Shown: in pieces, positions 63,891 to 64,000 of the stretch
How the letters are laid out: each line of letters begins with the position of its first letter
How positions within the stretch are numbered: the first letter of the stretch is position 1
Translations under genes and position numbers: made by a program
Assembly (NCBI GenBank): GCA_030390025.1
Contig: CM059431.1
Location: forward strand, 99,202,001-99,266,000
Source: Squalus acanthias
Lineage: Eukaryota
DNA: 64,000 nt
Direction of reading: 5' to 3'
The notes under the pieces: model-generated
Seen by the model: only the letters and a program-made list of their open reading frames with translations
What the model was told of the DNA's origin: nothing
The model's database searches: none

Positions 63891-64000
63891 ATAGAAACAT
63901 AGAAGATAGGAGCAGTAGTAGGCCATTCGGCCCCTCGAGCCTGCTCTGCCATTCAATGCGATCATGGCTGATCATCCAAATTCAGTACCCTGTCCCTGCT

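Noticed and set aside
60919..63952. 812-aa and 1001-aa proline-rich (extensin- or formin-like) ORFs
   Set aside because: They are translations of low-complexity DNA; only the 14 codons of GPR89 exon 1 inside them are supported.

Overview
Eukaryotic, repeat-dense genomic DNA. The repeat repertoire (Deu-domain tRNA-SINEs, CR1/L2 LINEs) points to a cartilaginous fish such as a shark; the species cannot be fixed from the sequence. The window holds one complete host gene on the minus strand: GPR89 (Golgi pH regulator), with 14 coding exons from 63298 to 4689 that sum to 1368 nt (455 aa plus stop). Thirteen introns separate them; twelve are GT-AG. Intron 8 has an ATATCCTT donor, a TTCTTTAAC branch site and an AG acceptor, i.e. 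a minor-spliceosome (U12) intron with AT-AG ends. The introns are packed with often nested CR1 and L2 fragments, Deu-domain SINEs (four with internal 30-bp minisatellite expansions), and Harbinger-like and hAT-like MITEs. They also hold two families of Penelope-like element (PLE) insertions. The PLE insertions form a size series from 1.9 kb (partial RT plus GIY-YIG ORF) down to about 90-110 bp. Each is an inverted or hairpin structure with a one-sided tail and a target-site duplication, and the larger ones carry minimal hammerhead ribozyme motifs. Most long ORFs in the ORF track are repeat or low-complexity artefacts.
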